From Ilumatobacteraceae bacterium (GTDB lineage: Bacteria > Actinomycetota > Acidimicrobiia > Acidimicrobiales > Ilumatobacteraceae), in the NCBI GenBank assembly GCA_039921745.1, contig JBDSBE010000082.1, positions 42,418-106,417 on the forward strand: a stretch of DNA of 64,000 bases, written 5' to 3'. The notes under the pieces were generated by a model. The model was not told the origin of the DNA, did no database searches, and worked only from the letters and a program-made list of their open reading frames with translations. Positions 39,575-49,557 of this stretch are shown piece by piece; position 1 is the first letter of the stretch, and each line of letters starts with the position of its first letter. A program made the position numbers and the translations under genes.

Positions 39575-41596
39575 TCAGGGGAGCAGTGCGCCGTCGGGGA
39601 GCGGACGCCCGCTGATCTGCTCGTACAGCGCACGTGCGTCGGAGACCGGCAGCTGGCAGACCGAGCCGCGACAGAGATAGGCGAACCCCGGTTCCCGATC
39701 GTCCCACAGCGGCGAGTCGTACGGTTCGCCCCAGGCGAGCACCAGATCGGGCCGCCACAGCATCTGTGCCAATCGCACGAGGTCGGGCGCGTCGCCGACG
39801 ATCGTGAGCTCCGAGACCTCGCGGTGGCGCAACTCGATCGCCAGCAGTGCGTTCGACGTCGCGCCGGGAGCGCGTGCGATGACCGGACCGAGCAGCTGCA
39901 GGATCCGATCCGCGTGATGCCGGTATCGCAGCTCGCCGGTCAGCGTCGCCAAGCGGAGGAGGGCGATCGCCGCAGTCGAGTTGGCCGACGGCGTCGCGTC
40001 GTCGTGGACGTCCTTCTGCCGCACGACGAGCTGCTCGGCGTCGTCAGCGGTCGTGTAGAGGCCGCCGTCCGACGGGTCCCAGAAGCCGTCGAGCATGGTG
40101 TCGGCCGTCTCGCGTGCGGCTTCGATCCACCGGGCTTCGCCGGTGAGTTCGTTCAGGCGGATGAACGCTTCGACGAGCGCCGCGTGGTCGGCTGCGAGCG
40201 CATGGTGACGCGCCTGTGGCGTGCCGTTCTGGTGCCACGATCGGAACCAGCGGCCGTCGTCGTCGCGCAGCTCACGCAGCAGGAACTCCCCGTTGCGAAC
40301 GGCCGCCGACTTCCAGTCGTCGCGCTGGAAAACCGCCGCGGCATCGGCGAGTGACGTGAGGAACAGGGCGTTCCACTCGGTGATGACCTTGTCGTCCAAC
40401 CCTGGCAGCTGACGCTGTGACCGCACGTCGAGCAGCCGGCGCCGAGCCTGCTCGATCGCCTCGGGCCGGGCGAACTGACCGCGGGCATGCATCCGGTTCG
40501 GAATCGATCGGCCTTCGAAGTTGCCGTCGGCGGTGACGTTCCACCACGCCAGCGTCTGTTCGACGACCTGTTCGTCGAACCCCTCCAGCGCCGACCGCAC
40601 CTCATCGGGCGTCCAGGTCGCGAACAGGCCTTCGACACCCTGGCCGTCAGGGCCGGGGGAGTCGGCGTCCTGGGACGAGTAGAACCCGCCGTCCGGATGA
40701 CACAGGTCGCGCAGCACGTACCCGATCGTCTCCTCAACGATCTGGCGGTCAGCGACCCGGCCGAGGACCGACGTCGCCTCCCGGTAGACCCGGACCAGCA
40801 TCGCCTGGTCGTACAGCATCTTCTCGAAGTGCGGAACGAGCCATTCGCGATCGGTCGAGTAGCGGGCGAAGCCGCCGCCGACGTGGTCGTACAACCCTCC
40901 CGACGCCATCGCGTCGAGCGTGGTCGTGACGACCCGGGCGGCGTCGTCGCTCCCCGCCGTCATGAACGCCCGCAGGACGAGCTGGAGGTGGTGCGTCGAC
41001 GGGAACTTCGGCGGCGAACCGAATCCGCCCCACTCCTGATCGAACGCTCCCGACATCTGCTGCAACGTGGCGTTGACGAGTTCGAGCGACGGCACGTCGG
41101 TGGCCGGTGTCGGTGCCGCGTTCGCGTCGATCGCCTGCACGATTGCCTTCGCGCTCGCATCCAACTCGTCGCGTCGATGGAGCCATGCCTCGCCGAGCGC
41201 GTCGAGCAGTTGGAGGAACGCGGGCTTGGGGAAGTACGTGCCGCCCCAGAATGGCCGTCCGTCGGCGTCGAGCGCGACCGTCATCGGCCAGCCGCCGCGC
41301 CCGGTGAGCGCTTGCACCGCGGCCATGTACAGCGAGTCCACGTCCGGGCGTTCTTCCCGATCGACCTTGACGTTCACGAACCGCTCGTTCATCACGGCGG
41401 CGACCTCGTGGTCCTCGAAGCACTCGTGCGCCATTACGTGGCACCAGTGACAGGCCGAGTACCCGACCGAGAGGAGGATCGGGACGTCCCGGCGACGAGC
41501 AGCATCGAACGCCTCGTCGCCCCACGGGTACCAGTCGACCGGGTTGTCACGGTGCTGACGGAGGTACGGCGACGTCTCCTCGGCGAGTCGGTTCAC
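39575..41596 (-). CDS. YyaL/SSP411 (DUF255) thioredoxin-domain protein
   Basis: NRLAEETSPYLRQH, GYSACHWCHVM, VPHFEKMLYDQ. Confidence 0.95.
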   Translation of the reverse strand: MNRLAEETSPYLRQHRDNPVDWYPWGDEAFDAARRRDVPILLSVGYSACHWCHVMAHECFEDHEVAAVMNERFVNVKVDREERPDVDSLYMAAVQALTGRGGWPMTVALDADGRPFWGGTYFPKPAFLQLLDALGEAWLHRRDELDASAKAIVQAIDANAAPTPATDVPSLELVNATLQQMSGAFDQEWGGFGSPPKFPSTHHLQLVLRAFMTAGSDDAARVVTTTLDAMASGGLYDHVGGGFARYSTDREWLVPHFEKMLYDQAMLVRVYREATSVLGRVADRQIVEETIGYVLRDLCHPDGGFYSSQDADSPGPDGQGVEGLFATWTPDEVRSALEGFDEQVVEQTLAWWNVTADGNFEGRSIPNRMHARGQFARPEAIEQARRRLLDVRSQRQLPGLDDKVITEWNALFLTSLADAAAVFQRDDWKSAAVRNGEFLLRELRDDDGRWFRSWHQNGTPQARHHALAADHAALVEAFIRLNELTGEARWIEAARETADTMLDGFWDPSDGGLYTTADDAEQLVVRQKDVHDDATPSANSTAAIALLRLATLTGELRYRHHADRILQLLGPVIARAPGATSNALLAIELRHREVSELTIVGDAPDLVRLAQMLWRPDLVLAWGEPYDSPLWDDREPGFAYLCRGSVCQLPVSDARALYEQISGRPLPDGALLP

Positions 41597-41671
41597 GGGC
41601 CGGACGCTACCGAGCACCCGTCGGCGAACCGTCGCGTGGTGAAACGAGCGCACGGTGGCATCCTGGGATAC

Positions 41672-42832
41672 GTGTCGATCGTCGGTGCCATCCTCCTGCT
41701 GTTCGTCGGCCTGGCCGGTCTGCTCGCATCGTGGAACGCGGCGCGGCCGCTGATCGACCCCACCCGCCGGTACTCGCCGTCGTGGCTCCCGGCGATGGTG
41801 ATCACCGAGCTGGCGCCGTTCTGGTTGCTCGTCCACGGCGCCCTGCTGGTGCTCGGGCTCGCGATCGGAGGCGGTTCGAATCTCGGAGGCCTGAGCGGTG
41901 CCTGGATGATCGTTGCGTCGATGATGCTGTTGACGGTGATCCTGGTCCGCACGACCATGTCGGTCCGCCGGCTTCGGCGCCGGGTCGACGGCGAGGTGCA
42001 CGGGGTGTCGGGCAGAGCGAACCTGATCGGTCGGCCGGTTCCGGTACCGCCCGGCGTCACCGAGTTGCTCGGTGTCGAGTGGGCGGACGGACTCACGTGC
42101 GACATCACTCGTCCGAGCGGAAAAGACCGTGCGCTGCCGGTCGTCGTCTACGTGCACGGCGGGGGATGGACCAGCGGCGACCCCCAGCGCCAGGGCCGGG
42201 ACATGTACCACGCGCTCGCGCTCGCCGGTTGGGCGACGGTGGCGATCCGGTACCCGTTCACGCCGACGGTCAGCGTCGAACGCCAGATCGAGACCGTCAC
42301 GTCGGCGGTCCGGTGGGTTCGGACCGCCCACGCGGAGCACGGCATCGACGCCACCGAGGTGGTCCTCGCCGGTGGGTCGGCAGGAGCGCACCTCGCAGCG
42401 ATGACGGCGCTCGACGCCGCTCCTCACGATCGGGTCGCAGCCTGCATCGGCCTGTACGGCATCTACGACATGGCGAACCGGAACCATTGTCGGGCGCGCT
42501 GGGACATGATCCGCAACCGCGTCATGATGCAGACGGTGGCCGACGCCCCGGCGCGCTACGACGCCGTTTCGCCGCTGTGTCGGATCACCGACGAGTCGCC
42601 GCCGATGCTGATCGTCCACGGCACGCGAGACACACTCGTGCCGATCGGGGAGGCAGAGCAGTTCGTGGCGGCGTTGCGCGAAGCCGGTCGACCGGTCGAG
42701 TTCGTCCGTGTCGACGGCGCCCAGCACGCGTTCGACGGCGTCTCGTCACCGCTGAGCCGGACCGTCGCCGCCGTGATCCGGACGTGGGTCACCACCCAGG
42801 TGCTCGGCGAGCGTACGGTCTCTGCCGAGTGA
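41672..42832 (+). CDS. Membrane-anchored alpha/beta hydrolase (HSL-like esterase)
   Basis: HGGGW, GGSAGAHL, HGTRDTLV, HAFD; N-terminal TMs. Confidence 0.88.
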   Translation: MSIVGAILLLFVGLAGLLASWNAARPLIDPTRRYSPSWLPAMVITELAPFWLLVHGALLVLGLAIGGGSNLGGLSGAWMIVASMMLLTVILVRTTMSVRRLRRRVDGEVHGVSGRANLIGRPVPVPPGVTELLGVEWADGLTCDITRPSGKDRALPVVVYVHGGGWTSGDPQRQGRDMYHALALAGWATVAIRYPFTPTVSVERQIETVTSAVRWVRTAHAEHGIDATEVVLAGGSAGAHLAAMTALDAAPHDRVAACIGLYGIYDMANRNHCRARWDMIRNRVMMQTVADAPARYDAVSPLCRITDESPPMLIVHGTRDTLVPIGEAEQFVAALREAGRPVEFVRVDGAQHAFDGVSSPLSRTVAAVIRTWVTTQVLGERTVSAE

Positions 42833-42858
42833 ACGGCGCAACCGTCAGCTGACGCCCG

Positions 42859-43638
42859 TCACGCGCCGACGGCGTGGTAGCCGCCGTCGACGTGGATGAT
42901 CTCGCCGGTGGTGGCGGGGAACCAGTCGGACAGCAGCGCCACGCAGGCCCGGGCCACGGGCTCGGAGTTGGTGACGTCCCAGCCCAGCGGCGCCCGACCA
43001 TCCCAGGTGTCCTCGAAGAGTTTGAAGCCAGGGATCGACTTGGCGGCCATGGTCTTGATCGGGCCGGCGGCGACGAGATTGCACCGGATCTGCTGTGGCC
43101 CGAGTTCACGGGCCAGGTAGCGCGAGAGGCTCTGGAGTGCCGACTTCGCAACGCCCATCCAGTTGTAGGCCGGCCACGCCTGGCGGTTGTCGAAGTCGAG
43201 TCCGACGAACGAACCGCCCCGGTCCATCAGCGGCACGAATGCGTCGGCCAGCGTCTTGAGCGAGTACGTCGAGACGTGCATTGCGACGGCGACGTCCTCC
43301 CACGGTGCGCCGAAGAAGTCGTCACCGAGGCACGACTCGGGCGCGAACCCGATCGCGTGCAACACGCCGTCGACCCGGCCCCACTTGGCGGAGATCGCGT
43401 CCCGTACGGCAACGACATGTTCCGGAACCGTGACGTCGAGTTCGAGCACCTCGATCTCCATCCCTTCGGGAATCCGCAGCTTCCGGGCGGTGCGCTTCGT
43501 GAGGCTGAGCGCACGTCCGGCACCGGTCAGCACGATCTCGGCGCCCTCGTCGAGCGCGATCTGGGCGACGCCGTACGCCAGCGAGGCGTCGGTCAGGACG
43601 CCGGTGATCACGATCTTCTTGCCGTCGAGCAATCCCAT
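42859..43638 (-). CDS. fabI: Enoyl-ACP reductase (FabI/InhA)
   Basis: ITGVLTDASLAY, HAIGFAP, AYNWMGVAK, AAGPIKT. Confidence 0.93.
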   Translation of the reverse strand: MGLLDGKKIVITGVLTDASLAYGVAQIALDEGAEIVLTGAGRALSLTKRTARKLRIPEGMEIEVLELDVTVPEHVVAVRDAISAKWGRVDGVLHAIGFAPESCLGDDFFGAPWEDVAVAMHVSTYSLKTLADAFVPLMDRGGSFVGLDFDNRQAWPAYNWMGVAKSALQSLSRYLARELGPQQIRCNLVAAGPIKTMAAKSIPGFKLFEDTWDGRAPLGWDVTNSEPVARACVALLSDWFPATTGEIIHVDGGYHAVGA

Positions 43639-43722
43639 GCGTGCGAACGTAGTCCGCCGACGTGGACCGCCCGCACGTTTGCGACTGCAAGGTCTTGGCC
43701 GCTCGTGTGCAAGGCTCGGGAG

Positions 43723-44400
43723 ATGCGCATCGGAGTGATCGGCGGCAGCGGGCCGGCAGGCAGCAGCCTGGCGGCACGGTTGGCCAGCGTTGGCTACGAA
43801 TCCGTGATCGGCTCCCGTTCCAAGTATCGGGCGATGGAGAGCCGTGATTCGTTCGTCGAACGATTTCCCGAGCTCGACGAGGTGCTCGGCTACGGCGACA
43901 ACCAGACGGCCGCCGACTGCGAGATCGTCGTGATCGCCACACCGTGGGACTCGGCCGCCACGATGGCACAGGACTACTCGACCTCTCTGCGCGGCAAGAT
44001 CGTCGTCAGCATGGCCAACGCCCTGATCCGTGTCGGCAAGGAGTTCCAGCCTCTCGTGCCACCGCGCGGCAGCGTCGCGGCGCACGTCCAGGCGGCGGTG
44101 CCGGAGAGCCGGGTGGTCGCCGCGTTCCATCACCTCCCGGCAACCGAGCTCGGCCAGATCGGCGAGCCCATCGAGAGCGACGTGCTGATCTGCGGCGACG
44201 ACGCAGCGGCGGTGACCACGATCAGCGACATGGTGGCGAAGATCCCCGGCTGTCGCCCCCTCGACGCCGGGGAACTGTCGAACGCGACGGCGATCGAGGC
44301 GTTCACGGCGGTCCTGCTCCAGTTGAACGTCCGCTACAAGACGCGGGTCGCGCCGAAGCTCACGGGCATCAAAGCCGATCCGCGCTCGTTGAAGGGCTGA
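43723..44400 (+). CDS. npdG: NADPH-dependent F420 reductase
   Basis: IGVIGGSGPAGSSLA, IGSRS, VVAAFHHL, ICGDD, LDAGELSN. Confidence 0.88.
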   Translation: MRIGVIGGSGPAGSSLAARLASVGYESVIGSRSKYRAMESRDSFVERFPELDEVLGYGDNQTAADCEIVVIATPWDSAATMAQDYSTSLRGKIVVSMANALIRVGKEFQPLVPPRGSVAAHVQAAVPESRVVAAFHHLPATELGQIGEPIESDVLICGDDAAAVTTISDMVAKIPGCRPLDAGELSNATAIEAFTAVLLQLNVRYKTRVAPKLTGIKADPRSLKG

Positions 44401-44402
44401 GC

Positions 44403-45530
44403 ATGCCCTCCCTCCAGCTGTACGACACCGCGCGACGCGCAATCGTCCCCTTCGAACCGGACGACCAGGTCCTCATGTACACGTGCGGGATCACGCCGTA
44501 CGACGCGACCCACCTCGGCCACGCCGCGACGTTCATCTCCTACGACATCCTGCAGCGTCACCTGATCGACAAGGGGCACACGGTCAAGTGCGTCCGCAAC
44601 GTCACCGACGTCGACGACCCGCTGTTCGCCAAGGCGCGCGAACTCGGTGTGCACTACCTGGATCTCGCCGCGGCAGAGGAGGCCCGATTCGAGCGTGACA
44701 TGGTGGCGCTGAACGCCCTGCCGGTCTCGTCGACGCCGCGGGCGTCGTCGGCGATCCCCGACATCCGCGGGTTCATCGGGATGGTCCTCGATCAGGGCTA
44801 CGCGTACGAAGCAGGCGGTTCGGTGTACTTCGACGTCTCGAAATTCGACTCGTTCGGGTCGCTGAGCCACTACACCGAAGCGGAGATGATCGCACTCGCC
44901 ATGGAGCGCGGCGGCCAGGTCGACGACCAGAACAAGCGCTCCCCACTCGATTTCGTCCTCTGGCACCCGTCGGCCGAGGACGAACCGGCGTGGGACACCA
45001 TGTGGGGTTCCGGCCGCCCCGGCTGGCACATCGAGTGCAGTGCCCTCGCGCTCCGCGAGCTCGGCACCACCATCGATCTGCACGGGGGCGGTACCGACCT
45101 GATCTTCCCGCACCACGAATGCGAGCGGGCCCAGTCCGAGGCCGCGACCGGCGAGCCGTTCGTCACCCACTGGATGCACACGTGCCTGATCAGCATGGAC
45201 GGCCAGAAGATGTCGAAAAGCCTCGGCAATCTCGTGTTCGTCGACAAACTCCGCGAGGAGTACGACCCGATGGCGATCCGGCTCGCACTCATCGAGCACC
45301 ACTACCGCACCGAGTGGGCGTGGGACGAGGAGCTGATGCCGCGGAACCGGGAACGACTCGAGGCGTGGCGCCGGAGCGTCGCCGGCACCGACGTGAACGT
45401 CATCGACGAGGTTCGAGAGCGCCTCGACGACGATCTCGATTCTCCGGGTGCGGTGGCTGCGGTAGACGCCGCCGCGGCACGTGGCGAGTCGGCAGCCGCA
45501 GCGGCGGCCCTGCTCGGCGTCGAGCTCTGA
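44403..45530 (+). CDS. mshC: Mycothiol cysteine ligase MshC (CysRS paralog lacking the anticodon domain)
   Basis: YTCGITPYDATHLGHAAT, NVTDVDDPL, GRPGWHIEC, KMSKSLGN; only 375 aa. Confidence 0.82.
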   Translation: MPSLQLYDTARRAIVPFEPDDQVLMYTCGITPYDATHLGHAATFISYDILQRHLIDKGHTVKCVRNVTDVDDPLFAKARELGVHYLDLAAAEEARFERDMVALNALPVSSTPRASSAIPDIRGFIGMVLDQGYAYEAGGSVYFDVSKFDSFGSLSHYTEAEMIALAMERGGQVDDQNKRSPLDFVLWHPSAEDEPAWDTMWGSGRPGWHIECSALALRELGTTIDLHGGGTDLIFPHHECERAQSEAATGEPFVTHWMHTCLISMDGQKMSKSLGNLVFVDKLREEYDPMAIRLALIEHHYRTEWAWDEELMPRNRERLEAWRRSVAGTDVNVIDEVRERLDDDLDSPGAVAAVDAAAARGESAAAAAALLGVEL

Positions 45531-45614
45531 CCGCCACGCCGACCGAACACGTTGTTCACAGGAATTCACGCTCGCAACGGGTGAGCGTCACACGCGTGTT
45601 CTACAGTGCCGGTG

Positions 45615-46376
45615 ATGGCCGACCGACCGGGAGCGAGCAAGCTGCAGAGGCGCACCCGCGCCCTGCTGAGCCCGGTGGCCAGACGGCTCTGGGACATCGA
45701 CCGTGTGGGCTACGAGCGCCTTCCCGAAGACGGCCCCGCGATCCTGTGCCCGAATCACATCAGTTTTCTCGACTCGGCGTTCCTTATGCTCACCGTGCCA
45801 CGCAACATCAGCTTCGTGGGCAAGGCCGAGTACATGGACGACTGGAAGACCAAGTTCGTGTTCCCGGCGCTGGGGATGATCCCGATCGACCGATCCGGCG
45901 GCAGCAAGAGCCAGGGCGCGCTCGACGCCGCCGAGCAGGTGCTCAAGCGCGGTGAGCTGTTCGGCATCTACCCCGAGGGCACCCGCAGCCGTGACGGCGA
46001 TCTGTACAAGGGTCGCACCGGTGCCGCCCGACTGGCCGTGAGCATCGGCTGCCCGATCTTCCCGGTCGGGATCACGGGCACCGAGGAGATCCAACCGATC
46101 GGCTCGAACATGCCGACGCCGGGCAAGTCGTGCCGGATCGAGATCGGTCGTCCGATCCGCCCCGAGCGCTACACCGGGCGCGGCGCCGAACATCTGGCAT
46201 GGCGATCGATGATCGACGAAGTGATGTTCGAGATCCGCGAGATGACCGGGCAGACGTATCACGACGTATACGCCGGTGAACGTGACGACGGGGCCACCAC
46301 CGAGCCCGGCAAGGTCGGCACGGTCGCCGACGAACCGACGGTGCGACCCGACAAACAGCTCGTCACCGCCGGCTGA
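45615..46376 (+). CDS. Lysophospholipid acyltransferase (PlsC family)
   Basis: NHISFLD, IYPEGTRS. Confidence 0.92.
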   Translation: MADRPGASKLQRRTRALLSPVARRLWDIDRVGYERLPEDGPAILCPNHISFLDSAFLMLTVPRNISFVGKAEYMDDWKTKFVFPALGMIPIDRSGGSKSQGALDAAEQVLKRGELFGIYPEGTRSRDGDLYKGRTGAARLAVSIGCPIFPVGITGTEEIQPIGSNMPTPGKSCRIEIGRPIRPERYTGRGAEHLAWRSMIDEVMFEIREMTGQTYHDVYAGERDDGATTEPGKVGTVADEPTVRPDKQLVTAG

Positions 46377-46441
46377 CGGGCTCCGCAGCTCGAAAACCGC
46401 CCTCAGAATCGCCGCCGCCCGCTCGTAGACTTTTCGACGTC

Positions 46442-48424
46442 ATGTCGAACATCACCATCTCACTGCCGGACGGATCAGAACGAGAGCTACCCGAGGGTTC
46501 GACTGCGCTCGACCTCGCCGCCTCGATCGGGAACCGACTCAAGAAGGCGGCGGTCGCCGCCGTCGTCGACGGGGCCGAGACCGACCTGACGACCGAACTG
46601 CGTGCCGGCAGCGAGGTCTCGATCATCACCGGTGAGACCGAAGCCGGACGCCACGTTCTTCGCCACTCGACGGCTCACGTGATGGCGCAAGCGGTGACCC
46701 GGTTGTTCCCGGGCGCCAAGTTCTCGATCGGCCCGGCGATCGAGAACGGCTTCTACTACGACTTCGACCTGCCGGACGGGCGGACGTTCAACGACGACGA
46801 CCTGGCGCGGATCGAGGGCGAGATGCGTGAGATCGTCAAGGCGAACCAGCCGTTCGTGCGCAGCGAGATGTCCATGGCCGAAGCCAAGAAACTGTTCGCC
46901 GACCAGCCCTACAAGGTCGAGATTATCGAGCGGGTCGAGGCGGCCTCAGGCGATCAGCTCGACGCCGGGGAGATCTCGAGCGATGGCGTGATCAGCGCAT
47001 ACCGGAACTCGGACGAGTTCGTCGACATGTGCGTGGGCCCCCACGTCCCCTCGACCGGAAAGCTCGGGTTCTTCACCCTGCAGCGGGTGTCCGGCGCCCA
47101 CTGGCGCGGCAACGAAGCCGGCATCATGCTGCAGCGCATCTACGGCACCGCGTGGGAGTCGAAGGAGGCGCTGGCCGAGCACCTCCATCAGTTGGAGGAG
47201 GCCGCCAAGCGCGATCACCGCAAGCTCGCCAACGAACTCGACCTGTTGAGCTTCCCGTCCGAGCTGGGTGGCGGGCTGGCGGTCTGGCACCCCAAGGGTG
47301 CGATCGTCCGCAAGATCATGGAGGACTACAGCCGGGATCGCCACGAGCACGGCGGCTACGAGTTCGTCTTCACGCCACATCTCGCCAACGCCCAGCTGTT
47401 CGAGACCTCGGGGCACCTCCAGTGGTACGAGGACGGCATGTACCCGCCGATGGAGATGGACAACGGCACGTACTACATGAAGCCGATGAACTGTCCGATG
47501 CACTGCCTGATCTACAAGAGCAGGCAGCGCAGCTACCGCGAACTCCCGCTGCGACTGTTCGAACTCGGCAACGTCTACCGCTACGAGCGGGCCGGGACAC
47601 TCCACGGGCTGCTTCGGATTCGCGGCTTCACACAGGACGACAGCCACATCTACTGCACGCCGGGGCAGCTCGCCGACGAGATCGCGTCGCTGCTCGACTT
47701 CGTGCTGTCGGTGCTGCGGGCCTTCGGGTTCGAGGACTTCACGTTCAACCTCTCGACGAAGGATCCGGACAAGTACGTGGGTTCCGACGAGAGCTGGGCG
47801 TTGGCGACCGAGGCGCTCCGACAGGCGCTCGACCGGCATGGCCTCGAGTACGCCGTCAAAGACGGTGACGCAGCCTTCTACGGCCCCAAGATCGACATCG
47901 ACGTCCGTGACGCGATCGGGAGGTCGTGGCAACTGTCGACCATCCAGGCCGACTTCCAGCTCCCCGAGCGGTTCGACCTCGAGTACGTCGGCGCCGACAA
48001 CGAGCGTCATCGACCGATCATGCTGCACCGCGCGCTCCTCGGTTCGGTCGAGCGATTCTTCGGCGTGCTGATCGAGCACTACGCCGGGAACTTCCCGACC
48101 TGGCTCGCGCCACTGCAGGTTCGTGTGCTCCCGGTCGCGACCGCGCACGAGGAGTACGCGGAGACCGTCCGCGACCGCCTCGCGCAGGCAGGCGCGCGGG
48201 TCGACGTGATCGCCGCGAACGACGGCCTCGGCAAACGGATCCGCTCGTCGAAGTTGGAGAAGATCCCGTACATCCTCGTCGTCGGCGACGACGACGTGGC
48301 CGCGGTGACGGTGGGCGTCAACACCCGCGGGGGAGACGTCGAGCGGGGCGTCGACGTCACCGGGTTCGTCGAACGGTTCACCGCTGAGGTCGCCGCGGGC
48401 ACCGACGCCGCGATCACCGCCTGA
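46442..48424 (+). CDS. thrS: Threonyl-tRNA synthetase
   Basis: TGS domain, RHSTAH, RDHRKL, KPMNCP, AFYGPKID. Confidence 0.98.
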   Translation: MSNITISLPDGSERELPEGSTALDLAASIGNRLKKAAVAAVVDGAETDLTTELRAGSEVSIITGETEAGRHVLRHSTAHVMAQAVTRLFPGAKFSIGPAIENGFYYDFDLPDGRTFNDDDLARIEGEMREIVKANQPFVRSEMSMAEAKKLFADQPYKVEIIERVEAASGDQLDAGEISSDGVISAYRNSDEFVDMCVGPHVPSTGKLGFFTLQRVSGAHWRGNEAGIMLQRIYGTAWESKEALAEHLHQLEEAAKRDHRKLANELDLLSFPSELGGGLAVWHPKGAIVRKIMEDYSRDRHEHGGYEFVFTPHLANAQLFETSGHLQWYEDGMYPPMEMDNGTYYMKPMNCPMHCLIYKSRQRSYRELPLRLFELGNVYRYERAGTLHGLLRIRGFTQDDSHIYCTPGQLADEIASLLDFVLSVLRAFGFEDFTFNLSTKDPDKYVGSDESWALATEALRQALDRHGLEYAVKDGDAAFYGPKIDIDVRDAIGRSWQLSTIQADFQLPERFDLEYVGADNERHRPIMLHRALLGSVERFFGVLIEHYAGNFPTWLAPLQVRVLPVATAHEEYAETVRDRLAQAGARVDVIAANDGLGKRIRSSKLEKIPYILVVGDDDVAAVTVGVNTRGGDVERGVDVTGFVERFTAEVAAGTDAAITA

Positions 48425-48942
48425 TGGCCGGTCTGGAGCGACTGTGGAACGGATGGCGGGCGACGTATGTCACGTCGCCGGCCACCGACGATCGCAGTGA
48501 CGACGAGCGGGTCGGCAGCCTGTTCACGCAGATCCTCGCCTCCGAGGCGTCCGACGAGGAATCGAACATCGTCCACCGAGGTGAATACGTCTTTGCGATC
48601 CTGAACGCATTTCCCTACGGCACCGGTCACCTGCTGGTCCTGCCGTACCGTGAGGTCGCCGACCTGGAGGTGCTGACGCCGGACGAGGCGTGCGAACTCT
48701 GGGCCGTCGTGACCGAGGCGGTGCGAGCCGTCAAGGCCGCGTACTCGCCGGACGGCGTGAACATCGGAGTCAACCTCGGCAAACCGGCCGGCGGATCGGT
48801 CAGTGAGCATCTGCACGTGCACGTCGTGCCGCGCTGGACCGGCGACGCCAACTTCATGACGGCGGTGGCCAACACCCGCACGTTGCCCGAGCCGCTCGAC
48901 GAGACGGCACACAAGCTCCGGGCGGCCTGGCAAGTAGGCTGA
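48424..48942 (+). CDS. HIT family protein
   Basis: LNAFPYGTGHLLVLPYR, HLHVHVVPRW. Confidence 0.94.
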   Translation: MAGLERLWNGWRATYVTSPATDDRSDDERVGSLFTQILASEASDEESNIVHRGEYVFAILNAFPYGTGHLLVLPYREVADLEVLTPDEACELWAVVTEAVRAVKAAYSPDGVNIGVNLGKPAGGSVSEHLHVHVVPRWTGDANFMTAVANTRTLPEPLDETAHKLRAAWQVG

Positions 48943-48948
48943 GCCACC

Positions 48949-49551
48949 ATGAACGCGCCCGAGCCGGCTCATGCCGTCGAACTGAGCGACGAATTCACCG
49001 GTCAATTCACCGGTCAATTCACCGGTCAATTCACTGGTCAATTCACTGGCGAACTCGCGGATGACGTCCGTGACGAGCTGCCCGATGACATCAACGCCGC
49101 CGAATTCGTCGGTGCCTACGAATTCCCGGACAACTCGCGCCGGCGAGTTCCCGGGTACCTGTACGTCGGTCTCGCCGTGCTCTGCCTGGTCGCATACGTG
49201 ACCAGCCGAGATTCCTCGTCGATCGTCAATGGCGGGTTCGTCTGGGCCGCGGTGGTCCTGGGCCTCGTCGGAGCGATCAGCATCACATCGGGGTGGCGGA
49301 TGCACGTCGACGAGAAAGAAGCCCTCGTCGAGGCGCAGCAGGCGATCGGCTTCCCGGTCGGCCATGCATCCGCCCAGCAGGTCTGGCACGGTTTCCGGAG
49401 CCGCCCGACGTGGCGGGTGCTGTGCTATTCGACCGAGGAACCGCCGACCAGGCGCGGGCTCGTCCTCGTCGATGCCGTCGACGGCCATGTCGTCCAGCAG
49501 CTCGTCGAGGACAATCCCGAACAGTCGCGCCCGACGCCGTCGGAAGCTTGA
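48949..49551 (+). CDS. Hypothetical 2-TM membrane protein with PepSY-like C-terminus
   Basis: Two hydrophobic helices, VLVDAVDGHVV; fills the gap between HIT and pgsA. Confidence 0.7.
   Translation: MNAPEPAHAVELSDEFTGQFTGQFTGQFTGQFTGELADDVRDELPDDINAAEFVGAYEFPDNSRRRVPGYLYVGLAVLCLVAYVTSRDSSSIVNGGFVWAAVVLGLVGAISITSGWRMHVDEKEALVEAQQAIGFPVGHASAQQVWHGFRSRPTWRVLCYSTEEPPTRRGLVLVDAVDGHVVQQLVEDNPEQSRPTPSEA
48992..49051 (+). repeat. 12-bp tandem repeat AATTCAC(C/T)GGTC x5 (FTGQ)
   Basis: Direct reading. Confidence 0.92.
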
Positions 49552-49557
49552 TCGGAC

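Noticed and set aside
39575-44442. Apparent long bidirectional overlaps (1050-aa YyaL vs 781-aa hydrolase; 527-aa FabI vs 508-aa NpdG)
   Set aside because: Open antisense frames typical of high GC; homology and leaderless -10 boxes place the starts at 41596, 41672, 43638 and 43723, with no overlap
44403-45530. Canonical cysteinyl-tRNA synthetase
   Set aside because: Too short, lacks the anticodon-binding domain, and CGITPYDATHLGH matches MshC
48992-49051. Tandem repeats as possible CRISPR arrays (also 55032 and 25126)
   Set aside because: Units are 15 bp or shorter, have no spacers, and no cas genes are present
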